A DNA stretch of 64,000 nucleotides. Source: Leidyana gryllorum EB-2025a (Eukaryota; Protista; Apicomplexa). The notes below the pieces were generated by a model, which was not told the origin of the DNA, did not search any database, and saw nothing but the letters and a program-made list of their open reading frames with translations. The DNA lies in assembly GCA_048772705.1 (NCBI GenBank), contig JBLWGC010000140.1, positions 124,001-188,000 of the forward strand, written 5' to 3'. This document shows, in pieces, positions 1 through 12,539 of this stretch. Both the position numbers and the translations under genes were made by a program. The first letter of the stretch is position 1. The number at the start of each line of letters is the position of its first letter.

Positions 1-1624
1 TGTACTGCATCGTTGGATGGCCCATTCGTTGTTGCTGGTTGTAGTCCATAGGGTGTTGAACATACATTCCTGGCGGAGGTCCTCTGACAACCTGCTGCTG
101 TTGATTTTGCGCGTTGTTGTTGGACGACGGCTGTTGCGGAGCAGCAGGAGTGGCAGTAGGAGCGGGCGGCTGGGATGTTTGTTGAGACACGCTGCCCCGT
201 TGCTGATACCGGTCGTTGTGGGGGCCGGTTTGCTGGACTTGTGGGGGTTGTTGGGTGGGGGGAGGGCGGATGTGATCAGTCGCTATGGGAGTGACATCTT
301 GTCTTTGAGGAGTCGGGACAAAGTGAGGGCGGTGAATGGGTGCGGCGTTCTCCGGCATCGTGACGACGGGTCTTTGAGCTGCAGCAACGGCGGCTTGGTA
401 ATCCGCGGGATGCACCATGTGGCCAGCGGCCATTTGAGGATGGATGGCGCCCATCTGCGGATGAATAGGACCCATTTGGGGGTGCATATGGGGCGGTGGT
501 TGCATCTCGGCCTGATGATAGTGTGGGTGGTGAATGACGGCCGGTTGCTGGTGGTAAGTGGTGTGGACGATAGCATCCCGGTTGTTGTTCATATTCCCGT
601 TGCCATTGTTGTTATAGTGTTGGCGGTAGTTGTTGTTGTGGCGGCCTCCGTGTTGTCTCCGATTGTTGTGAGTGTTCTCGGTCTTGTTGGGAGGCGTCTG
701 CTTGAGGATAGTGTGAACCTTCTGAGAGGGCGGCTGCTGCTGAGTGACAGTCGCTGGTTTGGCAGGCTGTGACTGCTGCTGCGTTTGATGGTGTTGTTCG
801 TCCACAGCAGGTGCAGGAGTGACCTTCTTGGTCTCAACCACTGATGGGGTGGAAACCGGGGCGGCCGCGATGGGGGCGGGGCCTTCCTCTTGGGGCGGCT
901 GCTCGGTGGATTCCTTAGTGGCTGTAGTGGTGGTAGTGACCTCTTCGGGGAGCGGTGGAGGCGGGGCAGTATCAGTCTTCTTGGGGGCTGTGCCCTTGGC
1001 AGCATCGACCCACTTTCGGCGGCCACCCGCAGGAATGGGAGACGGCGAGGGTGCTATTGCGCTTTGAGGCGCGACAGGAGTCGGAGAAGGCTGAGACTTC
1101 TCCGCGAGAGCCGGTGTCGCGGCTGCGGGCGCGGTTTGACCCTTCATTATGTCAGCATAAGAGCGACCCTTCTGTCTGGTTTGCGGAGGCGCGACCGGAG
1201 TTTCGGCGGGAGCGGCCTTCGGCTTGGGAGGGTTGACAACATTTGGTGTTGTATCTTGTTGCTCTGTTGTCTTGGGGGTTTCGTTGGTCGTCGTCGGTTT
1301 TCCTCCGTTAGACGTTGTGGGCTTTTTGTTGTTTGGTTGTGTGGGCTTGTTGGACCGTTGTTTAGGTTTGGATTTGGGCTTGGTGGGCTGTTTCTTGGCT
1401 GAAGGTTGCCAGGCCTCTTCGGCGTGGCCGTCAAGACATTTCTGCACCAAGTCAGCTACGTGCTCAGCTACGCGGGTTTCGTCATAGCCGCAGTCGCGAG
1501 CAATGTCAGCAATATCGAGCGCAGAGTATCCAAACTGCTCTATGAACTGAAGGTGGCGATCCACAAAACCCTTTGTCCGAGGGGTAAGCGGAACGTGGGA
1601 AGAAGCCCGACCGCGATTCACCAT
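1..1624 (-). CDS. Low-complexity P/Q/T/N-rich protein with N-terminal UBA/CUE-like helical domain (UBAP2/Def1-like); 3' end lies outside the window
   Basis: Open frame from ATG 1624 (MVNRGRASSHVPLTPRTKGFVDRHLQFIEQFGYSALDIADIARDCGYDETRVAEHVADLV...EAWQPSAKK) running off position 1. It is absent from the ORF track because there is no stop. The domain call is by resemblance only. Confidence 0.65.
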   Translation of the reverse strand, partial: MVNRGRASSHVPLTPRTKGFVDRHLQFIEQFGYSALDIADIARDCGYDETRVAEHVADLVQKCLDGHAEEAWQPSAKKQPTKPKSKPKQRSNKPTQPNNKKPTTSNGGKPTTTNETPKTTEQQDTTPNVVNPPKPKAAPAETPVAPPQTRQKGRSYADIMKGQTAPAAATPALAEKSQPSPTPVAPQSAIAPSPSPIPAGGRRKWVDAAKGTAPKKTDTAPPPPLPEEVTTTTTATKESTEQPPQEEGPAPIAAAPVSTPSVVETKKVTPAPAVDEQHHQTQQQSQPAKPATVTQQQPPSQKVHTILKQTPPNKTENTHNNRRQHGGRHNNNYRQHYNNNGNGNMNNNRDAIVHTTYHQQPAVIHHPHYHQAEMQPPPHMHPQMGPIHPQMGAIHPQMAAGHMVHPADYQAAVAAAQRPVVTMPENAAPIHRPHFVPTPQRQDVTPIATDHIRPPPTQQPPQVQQTGPHNDRYQQRGSVSQQTSQPPAPTATPAAPQQPSSNNNAQNQQQQVVRGPPPGMYVQHPMDYNQQQRMGHPTMQY

Positions 1625-1676
1625 CGATGACAAAGACAGACAAAAATATCCCACTGAAATTTGTAATGCTACTTCG

Positions 1677-3130
1677 TCATTCAGCCGCTGTAGTCAAAGC
1701 CGCGAACTTGACTCCCGTTGCAATCGGTGTAATTCCATTCACTGAAACCAGTTTTCCCTCCAGCTCCGAGTCATTCAGACCAGGATTTACGGACTTGAGC
1801 AAAGCGTTGAAATGACCCACTGGAATGTCCACTATCCGATGCTCCTCAGTCTTTCGGTGCGCCTGTGCGTAAACAAACATTCCGCAATATCCAGGTAGCG
1901 CAATCGCGCTCTCACCATTAGCTGCCGGGCCACTGGCCGAGGCACCATAACGTCAACCGGTACCAAATACGGAACAAACTCCCGCATCTCCACATCCACA
2001 AAGTCTGTCTCGCTTTCAGATATCACCGGGTGAAGCGATTGCGCAACCACACAGGTGATCTCCTGGTCCACAAAGCGCGGCACAACAACTTTGTTCTCCA
2101 CAACATACGGACGCGGAATCTCAATAACTTCACCAGGCACTTCAACCTCTCGCTCAATTATTTTGGTCTCAACTTTCGGCACATATTTAATCACTTCGCG
2201 AGGCACATCCACTACTTGCCGCACAGGAACGTGCCTCACCACTTCCTGGTACTTTGGCACCTACCACCAAACATTTAGCCACAAGCAATTTATGACACAC
2301 AGCCACCAAACCCTGGCAGCAACTAGACTTGGACACGCAATTACGACATTACCAGCGATGCCTCGAGTCTAGGCACCGAGACGTAAACGTTCACGCACTC
2401 TTCTAGGCTACGCAGCCCAATTACATATTACAAGACCACGCGATTGATGTGCATATAATGTGTGCACACGCGCTGGTATGCAAACAGACAACACTCAGTG
2501 GAGGCCAAATTGTATCAGCCTTTTTTATCACACTGTGCATGCAACGATCTTGATCATCATCACCTTGTTGATCGATGGGAGATCAGTTCGTTTGTGCACA
2601 AGTGAATGGTCAGTTGCCGTTCAAATGCGATGTCGACCGTCGCCGCCAGTGGTGGGGTGGGTAGCTAGTTGGGTGAACTTACCTCCACATGTTTGTCAAC
2701 ATATTGAATTTGGGGGACTTCGACTATTCTTTCAACCCATTCAACTTCGTATCGAGGCACTTTCTTCTCAACCTCAACGTATTCTTTGCGGGGGACAGTG
2801 CGGACAACTTCTTCGACGACAGGAACTTCAATGTATTTAACCTGATCATAGTTTGATCTGGGGTCGGTGATGGTTTCTTACCTGATCCTGCTGGGGGTAG
2901 CCATTTACCCATTCCTCCTTGAGAATGGTCGAGTTGAGGACGCGCTCAGATTTGACATTGCCTCCTGCATTCTGAACGGCGGCATAGCCATATGGGGACT
3001 GTTGTGAGAGTCCTTGGCTTAGTCGGCGCGGTATCCCGGTAGCAGCTCCAGCTCCTGGTTGGGTGGAGGGGGAGTAAGTGTAGGATGGAGTGGCGGAGCG
3101 GTTCTCGAAATTAGATTGACTGTAATACAT
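1677..3130 (-). CDS. Alveolin / inner membrane complex (IMCp) protein, 4 exons
   Basis: V/P/E/K-rich alveolin repeats (IKYIEVPVVEEVVRTVPRKEYVEVEKKVP; VPKYQEVVRHVPVRQVVDVPREVIKYVPKVETKIIEREVEVP). Exons approx. 3130-2883, 2841-2683, 2261-1916, 1862-1677 with GT-AG introns. Confidence 0.9.
2489..2570 (-). ncRNA. Candidate intronic box C/D snoRNA
   Basis: Inside the ~420-nt alveolin intron on the same strand: CAACA-ag-GTGATGA (box C) ... CTGA (box D)-g-TGTTG, with a 5-bp terminal stem. Target not identified. Confidence 0.45.
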
Positions 3131-3238
3131 CTCTGTCTGTCTGTCTGATTGCGCAAATAAACCCAAAGCAAATCTGGTTAGATCCAGTTCTATTATATAT
3201 GAAGCAGAAAAGGCGGCACGCACACATTCTTTTCTTCT

Positions 3239-3739
3239 TCACGGTGAGTTTGTCTCACCGAGCTTGGCTCTGAACTGAGTGAGGAGAGATCCGGTCTCGT
3301 TCTGCAAGGCGGTGAGAGCGTTGTGGGTGGCCAAATGAGGATTGGTTCCAGATGAGGTTTGGACCTGAGGGGGGAGAAGTCGATTGTGGGCGGCTTCACT
3401 TTTCTCACCCTTATCTCAATCTGTGGTTCTAGTGGATGAGGATTGCGATATCCTCCGAAAGTGACTGTGGGGTCCCGCAGCAATTGACTGAAAAAGGGTC
3501 ATACAAAAGGAGGCGGCGCCGCTCTCTTCTTACGTCCTGATTAAATTGCCCAATGTGTGGTCTTCCCTCTCCAGAGTCACTATGATGCACGAGGACACAA
3601 GTAAATCATTTTCGACTTTTACTCTGTTGACCTGTAGAGGGGGGAGGTAAGACAATATCACTCACTTTGATGCGTTGTAGGGAAGTTTGATGATCTCGGC
3701 CGGGTCTGGCCTATTGATATTAGATGATCTCGACGCCAT
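3239..3739 (-). CDS. RPB11: RNA polymerase II subunit RPB11
   Basis: Spliced motifs EREDHTLGNLIR / LLRDPTVTFGGYRNPHPLEPQIEIR / VQT; N-terminal NRPD motif; 3 short introns. Confidence 0.88.
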
Positions 3740-3801
3740 TTAATGGTCCCCTCCAATGCCCTCCTAACACTTCCGTGGCAAAAAATTTGCACCTATAATG
3801 T

Positions 3802-4783
3802 ATGACTTCACCTCTTGAAGAGGAGTATCCCAGAGTCATTCGAGTGAGTCCAGACACACAGATCCGCAACGTGCTGTTACCATATTAAACGATCACAGCT
3901 CAAATCCGAGTTGGAAAGCTCTCTTGCCAGTGTCAACTACACCGCTGTTGCTATCGCACGCCAAACCGCCACTAACGGACATAAAACCAACAATGGCGGC
4001 CCAGGCCCTTCCGTAGCCAAACAACAACATCTAGCCGGCCTTGTCAACGCCCTCGGCCGCCAACGGGACCAGCTACGCCAGACACTACGCACTGCCTCCC
4101 TCACGCCACAACAGCGCAGTACCTGGACAAGAAGGCTCGATAAACTCGATCGGGATTGTGCCCTGCTCAACCATTCCGTCGAGAAGGCCGTCGGCTACAT
4201 TTCACGCGAAATTGTCGCCGAACAGGAACACGCCGACCTTCTCGATGCCAATGGATCTGCCGCCAGACGCCGGGAACGGGTACGCCCTCCTCTTTTGAAA
4301 GCTATTTACCTTTGCCATATCGACAGCGACGCAATCTAGAGAATGAAGCTCTAGTGGCAGAAGAACGGAATCGCTTAGATGACACCAGCGCCGCTCTGGA
4401 CTCAATGATAGCTCAAGGAAAGGCCACCATCGACAATCTGATGCATCAAAAAGGCTACTTGAAGGTAAGAAGGAGGGCGTCTTCTAACATGATGAGTGCT
4501 TGCTGAGCCTCAAATGTTCTCTTCCCCCATAAATCTTTTCTCACAGAACACCGTAAAGCGGATGAAAGGAGCAATGACATCTTTGGGAGTGTCGCAATCC
4601 TTAATTGCCTCTGTTGAAAATCGGCTCAGCTCCGATAGGTGGATTACATATGCAGGAATGTTCGTTGTCGGTAATCTACTTTATTTATTCTTCTGTTGGT
4701 GGACTGGACTCCACGTCTTCTGGTGGTTTCCGAGTCGGTACATAATGGGTGTGTGGAACTTAACTTTCGGCCGCCTACTCTAA
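3802..4783 (+). CDS. Qb-SNARE, membrin/Bos1 (GOSR2-like)
   Basis: Helical N-terminus (WTRRLDKLDRD), SNARE heptads (EERNRLDDTSAALDSMIAQGKATIDNLMHQKGYLK; SLGVSQSLIASVENRLSSDRWITYAGM) and a C-terminal TM anchor. Confidence 0.85.
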
Positions 4784-4824
4784 CAATTTTGCGTGTTTGC
4801 CAACGTGTGTGCTGGGACCCAAAG

Positions 4825-6039
4825 ATGCGCTCTTCTTTGAACCAATGCCGCTCAACCACCTCCAAACGTCTGCTCCACCTTCTGGTCTCCACTCAGTCGC
4901 GCGACAACAGCTCTACAGAGTCGTTGACGCATCTTTTGTTCAACCTGCAGCAGCATCTGGATTTGGCAGAAGCCGTTCTGCGCGCACGCCATGACTTCGC
5001 CTGCATCACAGCTGCAGGCTACGACACCTCGCAAGCAGAGAGCAATGTCACGCAACTACGCCGATTGATGGCTGGCGCCTTAGAGCGAATGCGCCAGACT
5101 GGCATTGGCGCTCTGCGAGATCTTCCCACAGCAGGGCCGCTGTTGAGTTCCAGCAGCAGCAGTCACAAAGACGGCAGTGAGGTGCAGGGCAATGACGAAG
5201 GAGTCAGCGAAGCGGCAGCGACTGTTAAGGAAGAGAAGGGGAGTGCATCGGTGGTACCAGTTGTTGGTACTGTTGGCCCCGCGGCGGCTCCGAAGGCGGA
5301 GCGGCGGCGGCGGAGTACGAGTGGGAGCAACATAACAGCTGCGGGCGGAGAAGCAAGTGGCATACCGCATATGTCACCGGCTGTTCCCCGGCCAGCCGCC
5401 CCTTTACACGCCCAGCACCTGCAGCCGCAACAGCAGAATGTGTCCCACCCCCACGCCCATCATATGGGCGGTTATATGCCTCTAATGGGTGGACGGCTGA
5501 CGCCTGGTAATACTTCGGTGGCGGGTTATACAAATGTGATGCCCCCCCATCTGTTGGGATGTCCTTCACCTAGAGATGGCCCAGGGAGTCAACTGATGGG
5601 AGTGCCTCTGTCCTCAGCACATCACAGCCCGCCAGGTTCCAACCTGATGCATCCGTCGGCTGCCCATTATCAACAGCACCAGCAGCACCATCACCATCAT
5701 CCTCCTCCTCACCCTCACGCTCACCATGCCCATCCCCAAGTGCCACAAGCGGCTGGTCAGCTGTCCAACGGGAACGCGTTTGGTCAGCAGCATCTGCCGA
5801 TTGGTCAAGGCGCAGCAGCTCGGGGAGGTGCGACACACGCAGGTGCTTATGGCGGGTTTCACCCTATGTATGGTGGGGGATGGCCGTCGCCAATGTTGAT
5901 GGGGTGGAGGGGTTTGTGCGAGTTTCAACAGCAGCAGCATCAGCAGCAGCATCAGCAGCATCAGCATCAACAGCAGCCGGTGTGGGGGAGACAACGAGGA
6001 CCTGAAAATTCGTCGTCATCGAAGGATTCTTCTACTTGA
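4825..6039 (+). CDS. Hypothetical protein, coiled N-terminus plus H/Q/P-rich low-complexity region (may have further 3' exons to ~6498)
   Basis: Long ORF from ATG 4825 with poly-His and poly-Gln tracts; no recognisable domain. Confidence 0.6.
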   Translation: MRSSLNQCRSTTSKRLLHLLVSTQSRDNSSTESLTHLLFNLQQHLDLAEAVLRARHDFACITAAGYDTSQAESNVTQLRRLMAGALERMRQTGIGALRDLPTAGPLLSSSSSSHKDGSEVQGNDEGVSEAAATVKEEKGSASVVPVVGTVGPAAAPKAERRRRSTSGSNITAAGGEASGIPHMSPAVPRPAAPLHAQHLQPQQQNVSHPHAHHMGGYMPLMGGRLTPGNTSVAGYTNVMPPHLLGCPSPRDGPGSQLMGVPLSSAHHSPPGSNLMHPSAAHYQQHQQHHHHHPPPHPHAHHAHPQVPQAAGQLSNGNAFGQQHLPIGQGAAARGGATHAGAYGGFHPMYGGGWPSPMLMGWRGLCEFQQQQHQQQHQQHQHQQQPVWGRQRGPENSSSSKDSST

Positions 6040-6684
6040 GAGTGTCTACACTATTTGTGAAGGGAGGCAGAGAGGGTGAGAATGATGATAGGTTACAGTG
6101 ATGTTGTAGCGACGGTATCGTCGTCTTCAAGCCAACACCACCAGAAGCCTCCGTTGAAACAGGACAGCACACTGAAGAAGTTGGTACGCGGCTGGGACGA
6201 CACGCAACAGCAGCAGCAAGCGGCTGCTGGTCGTCGTCGTGGGAGAAGTGTACATCATCATGTGTCTGTGGCTAATAGCAGTTCAAACAGGTATCTGCCC
6301 CAATCTCGTGAAGGTCAACGTTCAGGTTCGAGAAGAGGTCGCGAACAGTCGTCACAGCGTGGTCTGCAACAGTGTTTACACAGTTCGTCTCCCGTGTTGG
6401 ATCGTTTGTTGTTAGATCGAGATCGTTCTGTTGTTAATGTGGAGCGGAGGCGTCGTGAGGTTGGAAGTGAGCTACAGCTGTTTGCTCGTCGGCGCTGAGC
6501 GCGGGGCTCTTTTTCTTTGACCGATTGGAGGGAGGCGAAGAATGTTTTTCGACATTCCGTCTCTCTGTAGCTGTTTGGGACAGCGCGCGTGCAAACTTGG
6601 TGTCTTTCTTATTTCTTTCTCTGGCAGCAATAGATGTGGGATTGAGAGTGATAGATCGATAATTAGCGCTGGCGTGGAAGGAAG

Positions 6685-9600
6685 ATGCTGGTGGCCAAGA
6701 AGAGTTCAGCAGACGCGACCCCCTCAACTTTCAGTCCTGCAGGCGACGAAGACGCTGCTGATCACATTAATCTTAAGATTCTTCACAAACAACAGAGAAT
6801 GCCGCCGCCTCCGACAATGATTCCCCCCCCATCCAACCCCAACACAGACTCGGACGACGACGAGGACGACCAGTCGGCCGATGACAATGACGGTGGTGGA
6901 TGCTCCGCTGCGTCCTCCAACGATTCCCCTTGGCAACCGTCAAACCGCAAGCGCAAGCGTGAAGAAGCTGTCATCGGCGAAGCCGAAGGCGAGGTTTCCG
7001 GGGGCGACTCCTCGGTCTCATCTGCGGCCATGTCGTGCCATCCCCACCATCTCGCCGGACAACAGCAGCAGATGCCGCCGCCTCCCCCCCCGCACCCTCC
7101 TCGCAACAATAACAGCTATCTGCCGCCGCCCCTTAACACCTCTCAGAATCAACCACCGCCCGAGACCACTATGACGGCCGAACAATTCTATAACTCCTCC
7201 CGTATCAATGCCCTACACCTCCTCAGCCATGCGGCGCCCTTCGCCCTACACCCCCACGGATGCAAGAAACCGCCGTTCCTTCCCTATGGACTCCCCCCTC
7301 AGCCCCATAATCTCCCAGAACTCTATCCGCACACTGTACCCACAAGCGGCTCGCGCCTCGGACACGATCCCAACTCCACCGGCGCAGAGTCCTCCAATCA
7401 AGAGGTACTCCCGCTATACGTTAATGCCACAGCCGCGCCCTCTCGTCTACCTGCGCACAAGCCAGTGCGTCTCAACCAACCCAAGCACCCCCTTGCTCCC
7501 CCAGGAACCCCCGTCTACTTCAAATACGGCGAGGAACACTACCCAGAAGAAACCATACCCGACGCCTACACCTATACAGAGTCTGATGGAACCGTTTGCC
7601 GATACATCACAAACTTTCTCGTATATAACAAACGAGGCGAAAGATTATTGCCAATCGAAGTCCTGGTTCGTACACACACTCACTTTGCTACCCACCATCC
7701 ACCCGCACAAACACACGCCCCCCTCGTACATTTACGCGTGCTCTTTGCACACCTACTATTGCACCGACTCCACGACGCACACTGCTTCACCCGCCTGGCA
7801 CATTGCACAACTCTCAGGGCACACTTTGTCCTGCGAAGCTTATTGCGCTTGCTATGGCCAATGACCTCCGACGAACATATCTTCACTTTGAGACCCACAC
7901 TCAAAGTTCCTTCGCACTTCCCTCACTGTCACACTTCCGCGCACGCAGTAAAATGAGTGTCCAATGTAACGTTATTGTAGGATCAACCGCGGCATGGCGC
8001 ACTCGTCTTGTATGGCTCTTTGCTACCCGCTTCCACTGTTGGATCGCCCCTTGAAACCACAGAGCGGCCTTCCAGAGGATCGCGATCTGATAGACGGCGC
8101 AGCACAGCCAAGAATCGCAAGAATGACGACGATAACGCCACGCACGCCCCCTACCCCGTTAGGGTCGAACTGTCAGAGTGGTGCATTGACTACGGGCAGG
8201 AACCACAGAATGTACCTTTCATATGGCTCATTTCAAGGTAATAATGGCCCACCTTCCACAGCTGTTGGTGCGGTGCACACGCATCGATGCCTTCGGCCCG
8301 GCCCAGTTATTCCGTATGTAGAATTGCCTTTGTCGTTGATAGGTGGGACGTCTACTACCGCTTGGAGAAGCCGGCTGGACGGTACATACCGACCTTTGCG
8401 ACTGCCAAGATGAAATTCGAAGTCTCCACTCGTATCATCAAAACACTTCAATTCCGGCCAGACTTCCCCTATCGCGAGCTGGTGGATCTGTTGTGTGCTG
8501 CAACGCGGCAGCAACGTCTGAAGCGACGAATCGAGGAACAGCGCCAGCGACGAAGGTCGACTTTTGGGAAGCGTCGAGACGGTAATGAAGCCGACGATTA
8601 CTATTTCAATCGGACACTAATGGGTGCAGACTCAGACGAGGCGGATATGATACCTGAGGAAATGATATCCACAGGAACCGCACGGAAGAAAAGCAGCAGA
8701 CCAAATTGGAAAGTCCACCACTCGCTATCCAGTCCTGAAGGCACCGGAGTGAATATTGAACTCCACGACGGCCAGCCTCAACCGCGCACGCCTTGGGGAG
8801 CCCCTTTTGCCGTAGAGGTGGGTGTAATCTGCTGCTCAATGCCTCGAAATCCTTCTGTTAGGGTGTCCGAGAGTCCACTCTGTTGGGGCTGACTGACTTT
8901 TTAGACTCTCAAATGAGAAACTTCCTGGAAGGTGTCGGCGGTGTGGGAGGAGATTGTGCCAATCTTCTCGAGACTCGGTTTATGCAAACGCTGCGCGAGA
9001 AAGCATCATTGCGCCGCGAGACGATGCAATTGGGTAGGTCAAAGCATCACAAACAGACCACGGCACTGAATGGATAATCTACCTCCTCAGTCGAAGCAAA
9101 GAAGCGGGCCATAGAAAGCATGGCTGCCGCAACAGGATTCCCGCACCTTGGCGTACATCCTGGGCCGTTCGATATGGCTGCTGGCGCACCCTTAGTTGCG
9201 CTCCAAGTGATGCAGCCACTTCCAGTTCGGCACACTCTTGCGCCAGGCACCCAGGTGACCCAAGGGGGCGTGATAGGAACTGCTGCTGTGACCATCGGAT
9301 TCGCGGATCCATCGACAATGCCCAAGAACGCTTATGAAGCTGAAATACTCGGTAAGTGATACTTGCGATCTTGTGGGCGATCTGTGCAATCTTGTGTCTC
9401 CGTGTGTGTTTGTTGTGCAAAACGCTAGTTGCACACTGACTTGCCGGCCTTTCTGTTTGCCTCTTGTACATGGCGGTGCTGTCGTGTGAAAGCTCGTATT
9501 GGTTCATAGCGGCGGCGTGTGCAGGGTCAACGCATCATCACCAAGCTATGTTGATGCTCAAAACTCGGCATCAAGAGGAGACCGAATTGGGTCATTTGCT

Positions 9601-9921
9601 GCAGTTGCTCAAGGAGTTCAGCGAGCCAGAAAGGTGGGTTTCAGAATTGATATTCCAATCTGAGGCGTGTTTTGGTGCAGTTCAAGTGAGAAGCGCGATT
9701 GTTTGGGATTGGAATCGGATCCTGACGACTCCTTACAAGAGGACACCAGTCCTTCTGAGGCTTTGCGGGTAACTGCGGAGGAGAATGCCGCGAGTGAACG
9801 GAGAAGCCGGAGAGGGAGGAAGCCGAAGGCGGGTGATGGATCGGCGTCTGGAGCTGCTGTGGTCCAAAGCGCAGTTCAGAATGGACCGCGACGGAAGCGG
9901 ATGCGAAAAGATGAATTCTAG
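6685..9921 (+). CDS. Stand-alone RFTS (DNMT1 replication-foci targeting sequence) domain protein, multi-exon
   Basis: Spliced RYITNFLVYNKRGERLLPIEVL|DQPRHGALVLYGSLLP ... LSEWCIDYG..FIWLISR|WDVYYRLEKPAGRYIPTFATAKMKFEVSTRIIKTLQFRPDFPYRELVDLL ... ESTLLGLTDFLDSQMRNF follows the RFTS motif order of DNMT1/MET1. No methyltransferase motifs seen. Confidence 0.8.
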
Positions 9922-10155
9922 CTAGTTAGATAGATCTGTACGACAGCACCCATTTACTGTGATGACATTTAACGGCAATCAATCTGAAGAGTGTGTGTGC
10001 AACACAACATATATTGTGTCGGTCCTTTCCCTCTGTCGGTTTGATTTGTCGGACAGAATAAGTGAGAGTAGCGAGCGGTCTAGTCTCTCTATAGATATCT
10101 GCCGAGCTGGGGCGAGAAGCATTCAGATCTCGTGGAAAGTGGGGTTTTCATTTTA

Positions 10156-10853
10156 TCAGGGGGCGGCAGTTGGGACAGGGGACGTGGCAGCTGGTTGGTC
10201 GCGTTGCTGCTGGTGCAGGGTGAGTTTCTCCAGAGAGTCGTCGACGCAACGTCGCACCCGTCGATTATATTCCCGTCGATTCTCTACGAATAACCGGGCT
10301 GCTTCACTGTTGGCCGGCGAATGAGGATTTGGGTCCGTTAAGAGCGACCGAATCGAGGTAAGAATTCCACTGATATCGTAGATCGGGGTCCATTGTTGCT
10401 GGAGGATGTCCAAACAAATATCTCCGTTTACATATACTGTGTGTGCAAAGTGCAATTTGGGGACACATGTGCGCGCAAACGTGTGCACTGCGCAAGCTCA
10501 CTCACCGTTGGGGTGGAATATGGGGGTCGTGAACTTCACCACTGGGGGCCTGGAGGGATAGTCTTCAGGGAAAACCAGAGAAAGCTTGAAGGTCCCACCC
10601 TCCCATATGGTATCTTCCGGCCTGTGGGTGAAAGTAATTGACACGCATCTTTGCGACTGAGCAGCAGCCTTACCCGAATATAACAGCACTCCATTCCATC
10701 AGGTCGCCCTCTACGGGGGCGCCATTGACTCCTGGCGGAGGGTCCAGCTGCAGCCGCCGAAAGTCTTTCAGTAGCCGCCGTCTCTGTTAATCGCTTATTT
10801 AGAATCAATCCGTTCCATCTCACCGTCTGGTCGGCCAACTTCGGTGCTACCAT
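10156..10853 (-). CDS. UBC2: Ubiquitin-conjugating enzyme E2, Rad6/UBC2
   Basis: [34 protein letters not shown]|[38 protein letters not shown]; 3 introns. Confidence 0.95.
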
Positions 10854-10889
10854 TGCGTGTGTGCCTTCAAAATTCGTTTACACTCTCAC

Positions 10890-12488
10890 ATGCATTCAAA
10901 CACTGACGTTTTACTTGACAGCCTCTTCGCGGATTTCCGCCTCCGAATCGAAGACTATGACCTCTTTAAGACAGGTACACGCCTTCTTACTGGCCCACGA
11001 GATCATTATTGGGAACAACTGGTCAAATCGGCTAATGTAGTTTACCCTCAAGCATACCAAGCTCTGCATTCACAGGAGAAAGAGGATCCTGAGAACATGC
11101 GGGAACTCTTTGGGATCGCGTCGGCGGTACTCGCCTGCGATCAGTTGGAACACAACGCAGTCGCACAAGCTGTTAAGACTATCGACACAGGTACGCAATA
11201 ATGGTGCGACCTGCTCTCACACAATGCTCTCCTTTAATGGCTGCCATGTATGTGTGCGTGTTTATTGCAATGTCTTCCGAGTGCGGTCGCACATTCCGTT
11301 GTGTGTCGTTGTCTGCTCGCACTCGGAGTGTGCAATGTGCACTCAGGATTTGCATTTTGTTGATTGCGCTTATCGACGTGCATCGCGATTGTTGGTGACG
11401 GCAAAATTGAGTGTTGCAGGTTTCGTGTTGGCGGGTCCGAAAGAGGGATGTGGTAAACACGTTCCGTTGTTGTGGTGTTTGCTGATGGCTGCTGAGACCG
11501 AGTTGGCACCGCAAATGACCGTATTAGCCTTTCCCGAGACGACGCCCATTGAGCTGCCGTCTGGGATATCGGAGTCAACGATCACTGCACTGCAGGCTGA
11601 GAGCACATCGCTGAGTCGTTTTCTGAACTTTCGCGACGAGCGTCAGCCGGTGGTGTTGAGAGGGTTTGCGTCCGAGTGGCCGGCAGTGCAGTTACCGCAT
11701 TCTGAGGGGGTGCTGACTTTACTGTCTCGGAACGGACATCGGTATGTTCCGATCGAACGAGGTGAGCAGATGATTGATTGATTGTGTGTTGTATCGAGCG
11801 TCGTCAATAAAGGGTCCGCTTATACACAAAAAGATTGGAAGCCCGAGATTGTGGGGGTGAAGGAGTTGTTTGGACGTTGGGGAGAAGAAGCCGGGAAGGC
11901 TCCGATCTCCTACGTGGCAGAGTTTCCATTGCTCTATATGTTCCCCGAAATGAAGGACGCGCTTCCTCTTCCCGGAATTCTGAGCTTCCTGGCAGACAAA
12001 GATCGAGGGCCAGCACCGCCTGGTATGGTCAAAGACTTTGCGAATTCGGCCACCTACACGCTCCCGGACGAACCGGTCCGTAATCTGTGGGTGGGGCCGC
12101 CCGGAAGTGTGTCCCCCTATCACACAGACCCCTACACTAACATCTTTGTTCAATTAGAGGGTCGAAAGTACTTCCAGCTGTATCCTCCGGAATGCTCCAA
12201 AGCGCTATATCCTTTCAAAGAAGTGAGTCAATAAGACAAAGCTATCCATCTCTGCCTTTGCAGCTCCTCCGCAATACCAGCAGCATCAATCACGCCGAGT
12301 TTCTGGCAGCACCGACATTCTCTCCCGACACTCTCAGACAATATCCTCAACTACGAGACCTGCCAGAACCCATCCACTGCTTCCTGGAACCCGGTGACGC
12401 CCTCTACTTACCTGCCAACTGGTGGCATCTCGTTCTCGGCCTCACAATGAACGTCGGCATCTCCAATTGGATACCTCCCGTAGAGTGA
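10890..12488 (+). CDS. JmjC/cupin-8 oxygenase, JMJD5/KDM8-like
   Basis: PVVLRGFASEWPA, NLWVGPPGSVSPYHTDPYTNIFVQLEGRKY (HxD) and LEPGDALYLPANWWHLV (distal His). Confidence 0.88.
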
Positions 12489-12539
12489 AACCTTGCCGTC
12501 GCAGACACAAAATCACAACGCCCCTACCTTAAACCGCCG

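Noticed and set aside
17-1402. Plus-strand ORFs 17-772, 890-1402 and similar antisense ORFs elsewhere (20683-21528, 48013-48609, 53133-53786)
   Set aside because: They are shadows of coding or decayed coding sequence on the opposite strand.
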